A stretch of DNA of 64,000 nt from Myxococcales bacterium (GTDB lineage: Bacteria; Myxococcota_A; Polyangia; Polyangiales; Polyangiaceae), in the NCBI GenBank assembly GCA_043747615.1, contig JAYTOU010000033.1, positions 64,001-128,000 of the forward strand, read 5' to 3'. Positions 19,154-28,497 of this stretch are shown in pieces. Each line of letters begins with the position of its first letter. Within the stretch, counting starts at the first letter, position 1. The notes under the pieces were generated by a model. The model searched no databases, was not told the origin of the DNA, and saw only the letters and a list, made by a program, of their open reading frames with translations. Made by a program: the position numbers and the translations under genes.

Positions 19154-19178
19154 CAGATCGGGGTATTTGCTTCAGTTT
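19150..19178 (+). promoter_or_regulatory. Putative sigma70 promoter of rpmB
   Basis: TTGACA (19150-19155), 17-nt spacer, CAGTTT; ATG 10 nt later. Confidence 0.5.
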
Positions 19179-19188
19179 CCGCGGCCTC

Positions 19189-19419
19189 ATGGCGAAGAGC
19201 GACATCACCGGGAAGCGCAAACTCAAGGCGCAGAACGTCTCCCACTCGAACATCAAGACCAAGCGCTGGCAGAACGTGAATATTCAGACGCGCCGCGTCT
19301 GGGTTCCGGAGCTGAAACGCTTCGTCACGCTCAACCTGACGACGCGAGACATCCGCACGATCGACAAGATCGGCGTGACCGCGTACGCCAAGCGCCACAA
19401 CGCCAAGCTTCCTCTTTAG
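19189..19419 (+). CDS. rpmB: 50S ribosomal protein L28 (cysteine-free form)
   Basis: ITGK, NVSHSNIKTKRW..N, R.WVPE..RFV.L, IRTIDK.G. Confidence 0.95.
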   Translation: MAKSDITGKRKLKAQNVSHSNIKTKRWQNVNIQTRRVWVPELKRFVTLNLTTRDIRTIDKIGVTAYAKRHNAKLPL

Positions 19420-19593
19420 AGCGCGGCGTTTCTTGGCGATACCGGCGCGATTCTGGCGTCGGGATTCGTCGCGGTATATGGAGTCCCGCTTCTTCCCCGC
19501 TTCTAAGACTCGCTTGGTCTCGAGGAGAACCGCCGCACTCTAGGCGGCGACGCGCGTGCCACCAAGGTGTGCAGCGAGGAGCTGGGCGAGCGT

Positions 19594-20598
19594 CTACTTG
19601 AAGGCCCGCGCTGTGAGACGAGTGCGGACGACGCCGACGGGGGCGCTCCCTCGAACGGAGCTCTCGGTCACCGCTTGGTCGGCCGTGGTGCCGCTCAGGA
19701 AGCTGGCGACGACGCTGGAGAGGAGCTCTTCTGCGGTGGTCGAGCGCGCGAAGCCGAGCGCGATTTCGAGCATTCCAGCGGCCTCTAGGAGAGCCATGGG
19801 CGCGGCAGCGGGGCGCGGCTCCCCGGGACGCACGCGGGTCTCCCCACGCCTCACGGGCGCGGCAGCGAGCGGAGCGGCGAGGTCGAGGGCCGCAATGGGG
19901 ATTCCCTCCTCGGGCGCTTCGTAGCAGGCGATCGCGACCCGCCCCTGCCCGTCGGCGGCAGCGATAATTTCGACGTGCCGAGACGACACCTCGAGATCAC
20001 GCCACGGCACGCTCGCTACGCGGCGATCGCCTTTTTTCTCGATGGCGCATTCGGTGATGGCCGGGCGCATTTCTCCGAGGTCAGCGATGGTGAGGAGTCC
20101 GCCGGCGAGTCTTCCTGCGGCCGCGACCAGCTCGCTCGCGAACGGCTCCTGAGCGATGGCAAGTGGGCCGCGACGCGCGATCTCCTGAAGGAGGGCGTGA
20201 CGCGCGGTCGAAGCGCTCTTGGCGAGGTCCAGCGCGGGGCCGAGCACTTGTTTCAGCGTGGACGAGTTCGCGATCGACCGCGTGGCCGCAAGGGCCGCCG
20301 CGAGGCTCGGTACGGCGACGTACGCGGGAGGCGGGATCTCTTCCTCGGAGACGAATCCGCGCGGGCGCGCCACGGAGAGCCCGGGTTGGCGAAGTCGACC
20401 GTCAACCGCAAGAACGCCCATGCCTGCGCCCCCGAGGAGCACTTGCACGGGGCCGAGGAGCACGGTCTTCGACACGGCGGCTGCGGCGAACACTCCTGCG
20501 ATGACGGCGTCGATGGCGCTCCCACGAGGAAGCATCGTGGCAGCGGCCTCTTGGGCGATTCCCTGCGTCGCGATGACCGCCCAGCGCGAATCAGCCAT
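19594..20598 (-). CDS. Short gamma-glutamyltransferase-like protein, probably catalytically degenerate
   Basis: GSAIDAVIA, AVP..AAAL, LGPALDLA, GGLLT.ADL and AAADGQG resemble GGT; much shorter than usual. Confidence 0.6.
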   Translation of the reverse strand: MADSRWAVIATQGIAQEAAATMLPRGSAIDAVIAGVFAAAAVSKTVLLGPVQVLLGGAGMGVLAVDGRLRQPGLSVARPRGFVSEEEIPPPAYVAVPSLAAALAATRSIANSSTLKQVLGPALDLAKSASTARHALLQEIARRGPLAIAQEPFASELVAAAGRLAGGLLTIADLGEMRPAITECAIEKKGDRRVASVPWRDLEVSSRHVEIIAAADGQGRVAIACYEAPEEGIPIAALDLAAPLAAAPVRRGETRVRPGEPRPAAAPMALLEAAGMLEIALGFARSTTAEELLSSVVASFLSGTTADQAVTESSVRGSAPVGVVRTRLTARAFK

Positions 20599-20600
20599 TC

Positions 20601-21326
20601 CTATTCCTGCTCGTCGTCGCGAACCTTCACCGACAGGCCACGCGGACGAACGACGCGACCCATTCCCCCCTCGAAGCGGCCGGTCGGGTGCTGGGCGAGG
20701 CGACGGAGTTGCTTGCACTCTGCAAGGGCCGACGACGTCTCCAGGATCACGTAGGCGTCGCGTCGGGTGCCTATGTTCTCGACCACCCGAGCAAGCGCGG
20801 ACTCACCGAAGGAGCGCGTCTCGCCCATCGCCCGCAGACGAACGTAGGCGACGGGGCCTGCGGGTACCGTCTCGCGCGCGGCATCCACCACCAGAACGAC
20901 CCCCCATCTTTTTGCGGCTTCTGCGGCGTCGTCGGTCTCCCATACGCCGCGCGGTTCCCAGCCGATCTGGGTCACGTCGCGCGGAAGGCGCTCGAGGACC
21001 TGCCCCATGCGATCGCGCCACACGGCGCTCGGGGTCACGTCTGCCGGTGTCTGAAGGAGAAAGAAGCGGGCCTGCAGCGTGTCGATCATTTGCTTGGCGA
21101 GAGCGAGATCTTCGTCGAGCGCCGCGGACGCTTTGAGCTGAGCGAGCTTCGGGCCGGCGATGATCGTGAACTCGAAGTTCGGAGGGACGGCTTTGCGCCA
21201 CTTGCGAAGCGCAGCGATCGTCGGAGCTCGGGCGTCTGCCTTCACTTCGAGAAGACCGAAACGCTTCGCGTAGGCCGCGACACTGCCTTGGAGATCTTTG
21301 GCGCCGATATGAAAGCGAGTGGTCAT
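20601..21326 (-). CDS. DUF72 (YecE/YunF-like) TIM-barrel protein
   Basis: YAKRF..LEV, W...VPPNFEF, LLQTP, WEPRG.W, YVRL. Confidence 0.8.
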   Translation of the reverse strand: MTTRFHIGAKDLQGSVAAYAKRFGLLEVKADARAPTIAALRKWRKAVPPNFEFTIIAGPKLAQLKASAALDEDLALAKQMIDTLQARFFLLQTPADVTPSAVWRDRMGQVLERLPRDVTQIGWEPRGVWETDDAAEAAKRWGVVLVVDAARETVPAGPVAYVRLRAMGETRSFGESALARVVENIGTRRDAYVILETSSALAECKQLRRLAQHPTGRFEGGMGRVVRPRGLSVKVRDDEQE

Positions 21327-21336
21327 GGGAGGCGCG

Positions 21337-22239
21337 CTACCCTACCACCGGGCTCCCGAAGTGGAACCACTGCGTCGGATGCGCGGTCAAAAAGGCCGAA
21401 AGCGTGTCGGCGAGGGTCTGCGCGGCGGCATCGGACTCCTCCGCGGTCGCGCGGCGGGGCACGTAAATCGGGGGGTGGGCCTCGATGAGATAGGTGCGAA
21501 AACCAAGGCGCGCGCAGAACACCGGAAGGATCGGCGCCCCGGAGAGCTGCGCCAGGCGGAGTGGCCCCTCTGGAATCGCCCCGTCGGCCCCGAGAAGTCG
21601 CACCCGGTGACTGCGCATACCCTCGGGCACGCGGTCGACCTGGAGAGCCACGATCTGCCCGCACTGGAGGTGGCGAAGAAGCGGCAGCGCGGAGAGGGGG
21701 TCGCTTCCGACGTGGACGACGTTGAGGCCAATGGAGCGGCGGGCCTCGTCATGAATCTGCCGAGCACGCGCGTCACGCTCGGGCTCCATCACCATCATGA
21801 TCTCCATGCTGTAGTGATTTGCGAAGAGCGGCCCCGCGACCTCCCAGCCGCCGCTGTGGGCGGTGGCGATGATCACCCCTTTTTTCCCGCGCACGGACTC
21901 GTCGATGTGCTCTCGTCCGACGAGAACTTCGTCCGGCATGCGGGAGTTCTTCGAGCCGGAGGCGAGGCTCTCGGCGAGCGCTCCTGCGTAGGTGGTGAAG
22001 GTGCGCGCGGTATCGATGACGTCGTTGATGCGCCCGGTATCGCCGCGAATGCGATGAAGGTTGCGCAGGACGGCGCGACGCGCGGACGGGACAGCGATGG
22101 CCGCAACGAGCCCGAACACCGGCGGGCTGTAGCAAAGCCACCATTCGGGGCCGCGCTGCGCACCAAGGCGGGCCAGTTTCCGCCAGAAGGAGCCGTCGTA
22201 GGCGAGGGGGTTGCGCATGGGGTGCAGGAAAAGCACCAC
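21337..22239 (-). CDS. Lipid A/phosphatidylinositol-mannoside acyltransferase family (LpxL/PatA-like)
   Basis: TAHSGGWE (HxxxxE), VALQVDR, GP.RLA..SGAPILP, P.QWFHF. Confidence 0.85.
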   Translation of the reverse strand: MVLFLHPMRNPLAYDGSFWRKLARLGAQRGPEWWLCYSPPVFGLVAAIAVPSARRAVLRNLHRIRGDTGRINDVIDTARTFTTYAGALAESLASGSKNSRMPDEVLVGREHIDESVRGKKGVIIATAHSGGWEVAGPLFANHYSMEIMMVMEPERDARARQIHDEARRSIGLNVVHVGSDPLSALPLLRHLQCGQIVALQVDRVPEGMRSHRVRLLGADGAIPEGPLRLAQLSGAPILPVFCARLGFRTYLIEAHPPIYVPRRATAEESDAAAQTLADTLSAFLTAHPTQWFHFGSPVVG

Positions 22240-22498
22240 GTACCCCGGCTAACGGTCTCCGGCTAGGGACTACTTCACGACGGGCGGCGGCGTCGGCGGC
22301 TGGCTGTCTGTCTGGATGCACGCCGATAACGAACGTAGGCTCGATTTGATCCGAGGGTGAGGCCGACCAGGAGCACCAAGGCCGCCGATTGGATCATCGG
22401 TGCATCAGGATGGCGGTGGTGAGGCGGTGAAAATCAGCGGCAAACACCGTGATCTTCGGGATGGCCGCCGTGGAACGAACCTTGCTAAATGCAGTGGA

Positions 22499-23578
22499 AT
22501 GAGATCCCATCGCGTTGGTTTCGTCCTTGCTGCCGCCCTCCTCTCCGTCGGAGCCGCATGCGGAGGCTCGCCCGATTCGAGCTTCGGCGGCGCCGGCGCT
22601 CCCAATGACGGCACGAGCGGACGAGACGGTGGCGGCAACGGGCCGGCCTTCAATGACGCCGGCGCAGTCAACCCCGTCAACGCGGCGTGCGCGACGTCGA
22701 GCGCCAGCGGGCAGCTGACTCCGGCCAACCTCGTCTTCATGTTCGATCAATCCGGAAGCATGGGCGGCCCCAACATGTCCGTGAAGTGGAGCCCGGTGAC
22801 GGCGGCGCTCTCTGCATTCTTCAGCGACGCGGCGTCGACAGGCATGAGCGCTTCCCTCCAGTACTTCTCTCAGGGGAGCACCTGCTCGTCGAGCAACTAC
22901 CAGACCCCAGAAGTGCCGCTGAGCCCGCTCCCGTCGCCGGCGTTCGCGTCGTCGATAAGCACGCATTCACCGGCCGGCGGCACCCCCACTCTCCCCGCGC
23001 TGAAGGGGGCAATCGATTACGCGAAGTCCACCGCCGCGGCGAAACCGGGTGAGAAGGTCGCCGTCGTCCTCGTCACCGACGGCGACCCGAACGACTGCAA
23101 CAGCACGGTGAGCAACGTCGCAGCCGAAGCCGCTACCGTGGCCGCAACGATCCCAACCTACGTCATCGGCGTGGGAAGCGACTTCGGAAACTTGAACGCC
23201 ATGGCCGTCGGCGGCGGAACTGGCTCGGCCATCTTGGTCACCGTCGGCGACCCGAACAAGACGAAGGCCGATCTCGCTGCCGCGCTGAACAAGATCCGCG
23301 GAGCGACGGCCTCCTGCAGCTTTGCAATGCCGAAGCCCCCATCCGGGCAGGTCCTCGACATCAACGCGGTCAACGTGCAGTTCACGAGCTCCGCGGGCCC
23401 GCAGACCCTCGCCTACAACAGGGACTGCACGGGCGGCACCGGATGGCACTACGACAACGCGAGCGCGCCGACGGCGATCGATCTCTGCCAAGCGACGTGC
23501 GATTCGGTGAAGGCGGCGACCGGAGGCAAGGTCAGCATCGCCTTCGGCTGCGCAACGCTCGGCGGCGTGATCAAGTGA
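22499..23578 (+). CDS. vWA-domain, Cys-rich lipoprotein (CglB-like architecture)
   Basis: Lipobox VGAAC; MIDAS DQSGS, TPT and VTDG; Cys-rich C-terminus GWHYD...C..C. Confidence 0.85.
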   Translation: MRSHRVGFVLAAALLSVGAACGGSPDSSFGGAGAPNDGTSGRDGGGNGPAFNDAGAVNPVNAACATSSASGQLTPANLVFMFDQSGSMGGPNMSVKWSPVTAALSAFFSDAASTGMSASLQYFSQGSTCSSSNYQTPEVPLSPLPSPAFASSISTHSPAGGTPTLPALKGAIDYAKSTAAAKPGEKVAVVLVTDGDPNDCNSTVSNVAAEAATVAATIPTYVIGVGSDFGNLNAMAVGGGTGSAILVTVGDPNKTKADLAAALNKIRGATASCSFAMPKPPSGQVLDINAVNVQFTSSAGPQTLAYNRDCTGGTGWHYDNASAPTAIDLCQATCDSVKAATGGKVSIAFGCATLGGVIK

Positions 23579-23606
23579 ACCGAGTCCGTGCGGTGAAGAA
23601 GCTCGT

Positions 23607-26600
23607 TTAGATTCGCATCAGCTCGGGCTTCATAGCGAGAAGCCTCGCGAGCCAGGCGTCGGAGAGCTTCTCCTGCATCGAGTTTGCACGAAGGCGCGAG
23701 CGCAGGTGCGCAAAGTCGACGCTGCCGAGATCCTGGTCCTGGTTGTAACAAGAGAAGACCACGGTCTCCTTCTTCGTCACCGGATCGATGTGCTTCTGGA
23801 GGCACTGCGCGCAGACCTCTTTCATCATGCATTGCATCGGCGAGTTGATGCTGGCGATGGCGCGGTGCTGCGGATTCAAGAACGGCAAGAGCACGCTGCG
23901 ACGAGCCTGTTGCGCGGCGTGCATCATGCGATCGGAGCCGATGGCGATGATGCGATGGACCCCCGAGAGCGGGATCTGCTGTGGCCCGAGCTTGCCCGTG
24001 GCGTAGGCCACCATCGCTTCTACGATGTTGCCGCGGAAGTGTTTGTCCTGCGGTCGGCGGGGGAGGATCTCGGCGCCGGTGTCCGTCGTCCAGACGACTT
24101 GATCGGTGAAGGCCTCGATGTCGCCCTGCTTGAAGAGGTCTTCGCCTTTCTTGTAGCCGGCGAAGTAGAGAACGCTGGAGCCCATGGCCTTGTAGGCGCG
24201 AGCGATCGAGAAGAGGACGGCGTTGCCGAGGCCGCCGCCGCAGAGGAGCACGGTTTCGCCTTTGGCGATTTCTGTGGGCGTGCCCGTCGGCCCCATGAGG
24301 ACCACCGGCTCGCCGGGCTTGAGAGCCGCGCACAGGCGTGAGCTCCCGCCCATCTCGAGGACGATCGTCCCCATCAAGCCTTTTTCTGCGTCGATCCACG
24401 CTCCGGTGAGGGCCAGCCCCTCCATCGCCAGGCGCGTTTTGTCCACCATCGGAGCGAGGCTCTCGAAGTTCTGCAAGCGGTAAAACTGGCCGGGCTGGAA
24501 TTTACGCGCGGCCATGGGCGCATGCACCACGACCTCCACGATCGTGGGCGTGAGCCGATTCACGGCCATCACCCGAGCCACGAGCTGCTCGTCCATCGTG
24601 GCGTAAAGCGCGCGGAGCTTGGCATCGCGTGCGGGCTGCGTCGTCGCATCGAGCGCCGCCATGTCGGGGAAGAGGGCGACCACGTGCGGGTAGCCGTCCT
24701 TCGCGCTGGCCATCGCCTTGACGACGCTGCCCGCATAATGCGGGTGGTTGTCGCCGTAGAAGCTGACCGTCTTGTCGCCGTGGAGGTAGCTGGTGAAGAA
24801 GCCTTCTCGGAGGTTGGTGACGGGGGCGAGAGTCACGTGGCCGCCTTCGAGCGTGGCCTTGAAGCTTTTGAAGAAATGCTTGCGGGCGTCGAGCTTGAAG
24901 GTGCCTTCGTACTCCCGCTCGTAGGTCACGTTGGGGCTGGTGCCAGCAGCGACGCACACCGTCTTTGCCGGAAGCTCGATTTCCGAGCCGTCTTTGCGCT
25001 GGAACTTGACCGCTTGCACTGCGCCGCGATCGTCGAGCACCGCCTCGAGCGGCGAAAGATTCTCGATGTAGTGCACACCCTCTTCGAGGCTCTTCATCAC
25101 CTCTTCGTGGTTCAAGCGGTACGCAGGCGAGTCCTGGAGCGTCTTCCGGTAGACGAGGGACACCCCACCCCATTGGTCGAGGAGCTCCTGAATCCGCGGC
25201 GGCCGGCCTTCCTTTTCGGCGCGCCCCCGCTCGTCTGCGAGCTCCTTGGCGTGAGTGAGGTGGACGTTGAGCGTCTCCCACTCTTCGTCGTCAAACATGG
25301 CGCGGATGGCGGCTGGGCCCTTGTCGCGCAAGAGGGCAGAAAAGCGCTCGTCGCTCTTTTCGATCTGAACGACGTAGTAGGCGAGGAGCTCCGTGGCGGT
25401 GTCGATCGCCGTGAGCCCGCCGCCGATCACGATCGCCGGGAGACTTACTTGCAAGTTCGCGATCGAGCTTTTTTTGTAGGCTCCGGTGAGTTGGAGCGCC
25501 ATCAAGAAGTCGCTCGCTTTGCGGATGCCCCGGGCGAGGTTGTTCTTCATCTCGATGATCGTCGGGCGGCCAGCACCGGCGGCGATGGCCACGTGATCGA
25601 AGCCGAGGCTCCACGCGTCGTCGAGGGAGAGCGTGCCACCGAAGCGAACCCCGCCGTACATCTTGAGGTGACGGTGACGCGAGAGTGTGACGTAAAGGAG
25701 CGTGAGGAAGTTCTTGTCCCAGCGAACGGTGATTCCGTATTCGCTCACGCCGCCGAAGCCGAGGAGGATCCGCTCGTCGAGCTCTCGATGGAGCGTGGCG
25801 AAGTCGTGCACCGGCATCGGCGGATGGTCGTGATCGCCGACGAGAGAGGCGGGCAGGGGCTCGAGCTTCAGTCCGTCGACCGCAACGACGCCGAAGCCTT
25901 CGCACGCCAGATGATGGGCGAGGGTGTAGCCCGCGGGCCCGAGCCCGACGACGAGGACGTTCCTTCCGCTGTACGGCTTGGCAAACGGACGCGCGATGTT
26001 GAGCGGATTCCAGCGCGTGAGGAGGCCGTAGATCTCGAGCCCCCAAGGGAGCGCAAGCGCCTCGGTAAGAACGCGCGTTTCGATTTGCGGGATGTTGACC
26101 GGATCCTGTTTCTGGAAAATGCAGGCCTTCATGCAGTCGTTGCAGATGCGGTGTCCGGTGCCCGGGCACATCGGATTGTCGATGCACACGAGAGCGAGCG
26201 CGGCGAGCACGTCTCCCTCCCCGCGCATCATGTGCATCTCGCTGATCTTCTCTTCGAGCGGGCACCCCTCGAGGACCACGCCGAGAGGATTCTTTTTTAC
26301 TTCCTTCGTCTTCGGATCGCGGAGGCCCTTGGAGCACGAGTCCTTGTCGCGGTTGTGGCAAAAAATGCAGTAGTCGATCTCGCGCTCGACCTCTCGTGCG
26401 GCCCCACGCGGATCTGTCAAAAGGAAGCTGCCGCGCTCGCGACGCTCCTCTTGCGGGCCTACAAACAGCTCGGGAAAGTGGGGGTCGGGGCGACGAATCT
26501 GGACGAGGTTCGCGTGGTCGAGGGTGTGCGGCTGATGGAGCGAGTCCCAGCGGTGCGCTGGATCGTGGTGATCGTTGTGACGGTGATGGAGCCACGCTTC

Positions 26601-27269
26601 GATGGCCTCGAGCGCGAACGCCACATCTGCAACAGGTGCCCCTTCCGGAGGCGGGAGCGGCAAGGCGAGAGCCCCCGAACGAAGCGCATCACTGACGAGC
26701 TTCGCGCGCTCCTGTAGCTCGGGCGTGAACACCACACCGCCCGCTTTGGCTGCCTTTCGCGCCACATCGTCGATCTCGAAGAGAAGCATCGTGCCGGTCG
26801 CGAAGGCGAGCTCCTCGTCGAGATCTGTGCGCGCGATGACGGCGGCGATCGCGGCGTTCGAAACGTTCTCTGCGTCGCCGACGGTCAATCCAAGCGCGGC
26901 CCAGCCCTTCCCCGCGTCGCCGCGAAGAATCCGTTTCTTCGCGAACTCGCGCTTGAAGCGCCACAGGGGATCGCGGCTGCGCACCTGGCTCCGCAGCTCG
27001 AAGAGCTCCGTATCGACGTCGAAAAGAGCGCCCAAGAACGCGCTCACATGAGGCGCAGCGGCGAGGAGGGCCTCACTCACCGCCTCGGGCTTCATCCCCA
27101 CGCCGCGGCAGCCGCGGTAGGCCTCGAACTGCGCTCGCGCTTCCGGAGCGTGCTCTTCGAACCACGATTGAAACAGCTCGTGCAGCTCGCCGAGACGGGC
27201 GGGATCAAAGAGATCCGCGAACGAAAATCCAGGGACCCCCAGCTTAAGTTCCTGAACTGAGTCGCTCAT
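23607..27269 (-). CDS. Large FAD/Fe-S oxidoreductase: GltD/NfnB-like module fused to a C-terminal NfnA/PyrK-like module
   Basis: CIFC...C, GCP, C..C.KAC, GLGPAG, YGI, GGGLTAID, GQFYRL, GPTG, GGGLGNA, MQCMMKEVCAQC. Confidence 0.85.
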   Translation of the reverse strand: MSDSVQELKLGVPGFSFADLFDPARLGELHELFQSWFEEHAPEARAQFEAYRGCRGVGMKPEAVSEALLAAAPHVSAFLGALFDVDTELFELRSQVRSRDPLWRFKREFAKKRILRGDAGKGWAALGLTVGDAENVSNAAIAAVIARTDLDEELAFATGTMLLFEIDDVARKAAKAGGVVFTPELQERAKLVSDALRSGALALPLPPPEGAPVADVAFALEAIEAWLHHRHNDHHDPAHRWDSLHQPHTLDHANLVQIRRPDPHFPELFVGPQEERRERGSFLLTDPRGAAREVEREIDYCIFCHNRDKDSCSKGLRDPKTKEVKKNPLGVVLEGCPLEEKISEMHMMRGEGDVLAALALVCIDNPMCPGTGHRICNDCMKACIFQKQDPVNIPQIETRVLTEALALPWGLEIYGLLTRWNPLNIARPFAKPYSGRNVLVVGLGPAGYTLAHHLACEGFGVVAVDGLKLEPLPASLVGDHDHPPMPVHDFATLHRELDERILLGFGGVSEYGITVRWDKNFLTLLYVTLSRHRHLKMYGGVRFGGTLSLDDAWSLGFDHVAIAAGAGRPTIIEMKNNLARGIRKASDFLMALQLTGAYKKSSIANLQVSLPAIVIGGGLTAIDTATELLAYYVVQIEKSDERFSALLRDKGPAAIRAMFDDEEWETLNVHLTHAKELADERGRAEKEGRPPRIQELLDQWGGVSLVYRKTLQDSPAYRLNHEEVMKSLEEGVHYIENLSPLEAVLDDRGAVQAVKFQRKDGSEIELPAKTVCVAAGTSPNVTYEREYEGTFKLDARKHFFKSFKATLEGGHVTLAPVTNLREGFFTSYLHGDKTVSFYGDNHPHYAGSVVKAMASAKDGYPHVVALFPDMAALDATTQPARDAKLRALYATMDEQLVARVMAVNRLTPTIVEVVVHAPMAARKFQPGQFYRLQNFESLAPMVDKTRLAMEGLALTGAWIDAEKGLMGTIVLEMGGSSRLCAALKPGEPVVLMGPTGTPTEIAKGETVLLCGGGLGNAVLFSIARAYKAMGSSVLYFAGYKKGEDLFKQGDIEAFTDQVVWTTDTGAEILPRRPQDKHFRGNIVEAMVAYATGKLGPQQIPLSGVHRIIAIGSDRMMHAAQQARRSVLLPFLNPQHRAIASINSPMQCMMKEVCAQCLQKHIDPVTKKETVVFSCYNQDQDLGSVDFAHLRSRLRANSMQEKLSDAWLARLLAMKPELMRI

Positions 27270-27550
27270 TATTTCTTTTCGGTGGACTGAAACGCGGTGT
27301 CGGCGAGGCTTCCGTCCTCGAAGCCGAAGTAGATCGAAGCCTGCTTGAGCATGAACTTTTGCCCGTCAGACGACGCGAGGTCGAGGCGGTACGTGTTGAT
27401 GTATTTCACCGAGTCCTTGAGCCACTGGTCCCACGCTTCTTTGGAGATCTCGTTGAAAATTTTCTGCCCGAGCTCGTTCTTGTAGGGCGCGCGCGCGAGC
27501 CCGGGGAGGTCCTTGTTCAGTTTTCGGCAATGGACGATGCGGTCGGTCAT
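27269..27550 (-). CDS. yggX: Fe(II)-trafficking / oxidative damage protection protein YggX
   Basis: RIVHC.KL, GL..APY..ELG.KI...ISKEAW..W, INTYRL. Confidence 0.88.
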   Translation of the reverse strand: MTDRIVHCRKLNKDLPGLARAPYKNELGQKIFNEISKEAWDQWLKDSVKYINTYRLDLASSDGQKFMLKQASIYFGFEDGSLADTAFQSTEKK

Positions 27551-27600
27551 GATGACCGGCCTTCTACCTTTTTGTCGGCTTCGGCGCCAAGGGTAGGCGG

Positions 27601-28431
27601 CTAAACCGCAAGAGCGTGCCCGAAAAGGGACAGTTGCGTCATCGGGTGGCTGACGGGCGCGGACATTCGCTTCACGACGTCGAGGATCTCGGGGACGCCG
27701 TTGAGGACGGCGCGCACTTCAAGCGAGCCCGATCGTTTTCTCACGGCGGCAAGCGCGCGATCCGGCGTGTTGTTCGTGCGTGAGATGTGTCCGAGGTACA
27801 TCCTTCGTAGGCGCGTACCGATGAGCGCCGCGGCGAGCTCCGCGGTCTGCTCGTTGTCGAGGTGACCGATGTCGCCGGCCACGCGCGCCTTCAAACGCGG
27901 AGGGTACGGGCCCCACTCGAGCATCTGCGCGCAGTAGTTCGCCTCCACGAGCACGGTGTCGCATGAACCTAGAAATGCAGGCAGATCGCTCGGTACGTGA
28001 CCGAGGTCGGTCGCTACGCCGAAGGCATGCGTGGGGGTGGCGATGCGGAGCGCGACCTGGGGCGCGTCGTGCGGAATGGAGAGCGCTTCGATCACGAACG
28101 GGCCCACCTTGAACGGCCGGCCAGGCTCGTAGGAGCGGACCTCGTATTTTTCCCGAACCCGCGGCAGGACGCTGATCCCCCGATGCAGATAGATCGGCGC
28201 TCGTGAGGCACGGGCATGCGGCTCGAGGTGCGCGATGTGATCGCCGTGATGATGGGTGACGATGATCGCCTCGAGACCCGGCAGCGACGCGAAGAGATCG
28301 CCGCCTAGGTCCTTCATTTTGCGGGCTGCGGTGCGCGGGCCCATCCCCGCGTCGACGAGGATTCGCGCGCCGTCCGCTTCGATGATGGCGGCGTTCCCAC
28401 TCGAGCCGCTTCCGAGCACCCAGATGCGCAC
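27601..28431 (-). CDS. MBL-fold metallo-hydrolase, YycJ/WalJ type
   Basis: LGSGSSGN, THHHGDH, PHDA, TDLG, EANY, YP..LK.RV....GHL.N. Confidence 0.88.
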   Translation of the reverse strand: MRIWVLGSGSSGNAAIIEADGARILVDAGMGPRTAARKMKDLGGDLFASLPGLEAIIVTHHHGDHIAHLEPHARASRAPIYLHRGISVLPRVREKYEVRSYEPGRPFKVGPFVIEALSIPHDAPQVALRIATPTHAFGVATDLGHVPSDLPAFLGSCDTVLVEANYCAQMLEWGPYPPRLKARVAGDIGHLDNEQTAELAAALIGTRLRRMYLGHISRTNNTPDRALAAVRKRSGSLEVRAVLNGVPEILDVVKRMSAPVSHPMTQLSLFGHALAV

Positions 28432-28497
28432 AGTCGGACTTTACACCTTCCACGCCAGATTTTGCGCTTGGGTTCGCGTACTATCGCCCAACGACCG

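Noticed and set aside
19520..19580. Glycine or c-di-GMP riboswitch
   Set aside because: Only partial motif resemblance, no GNRA/receptor or CUCUCAGG core, and no downstream gene on that strand
24522..26717. 731-aa plus-strand ORF and similar long antisense ORFs (e.g. 13294-14991, 60290-61594)
   Set aside because: Mirror frames of well-supported genes, expected from high GC3 bias; no recognisable motifs
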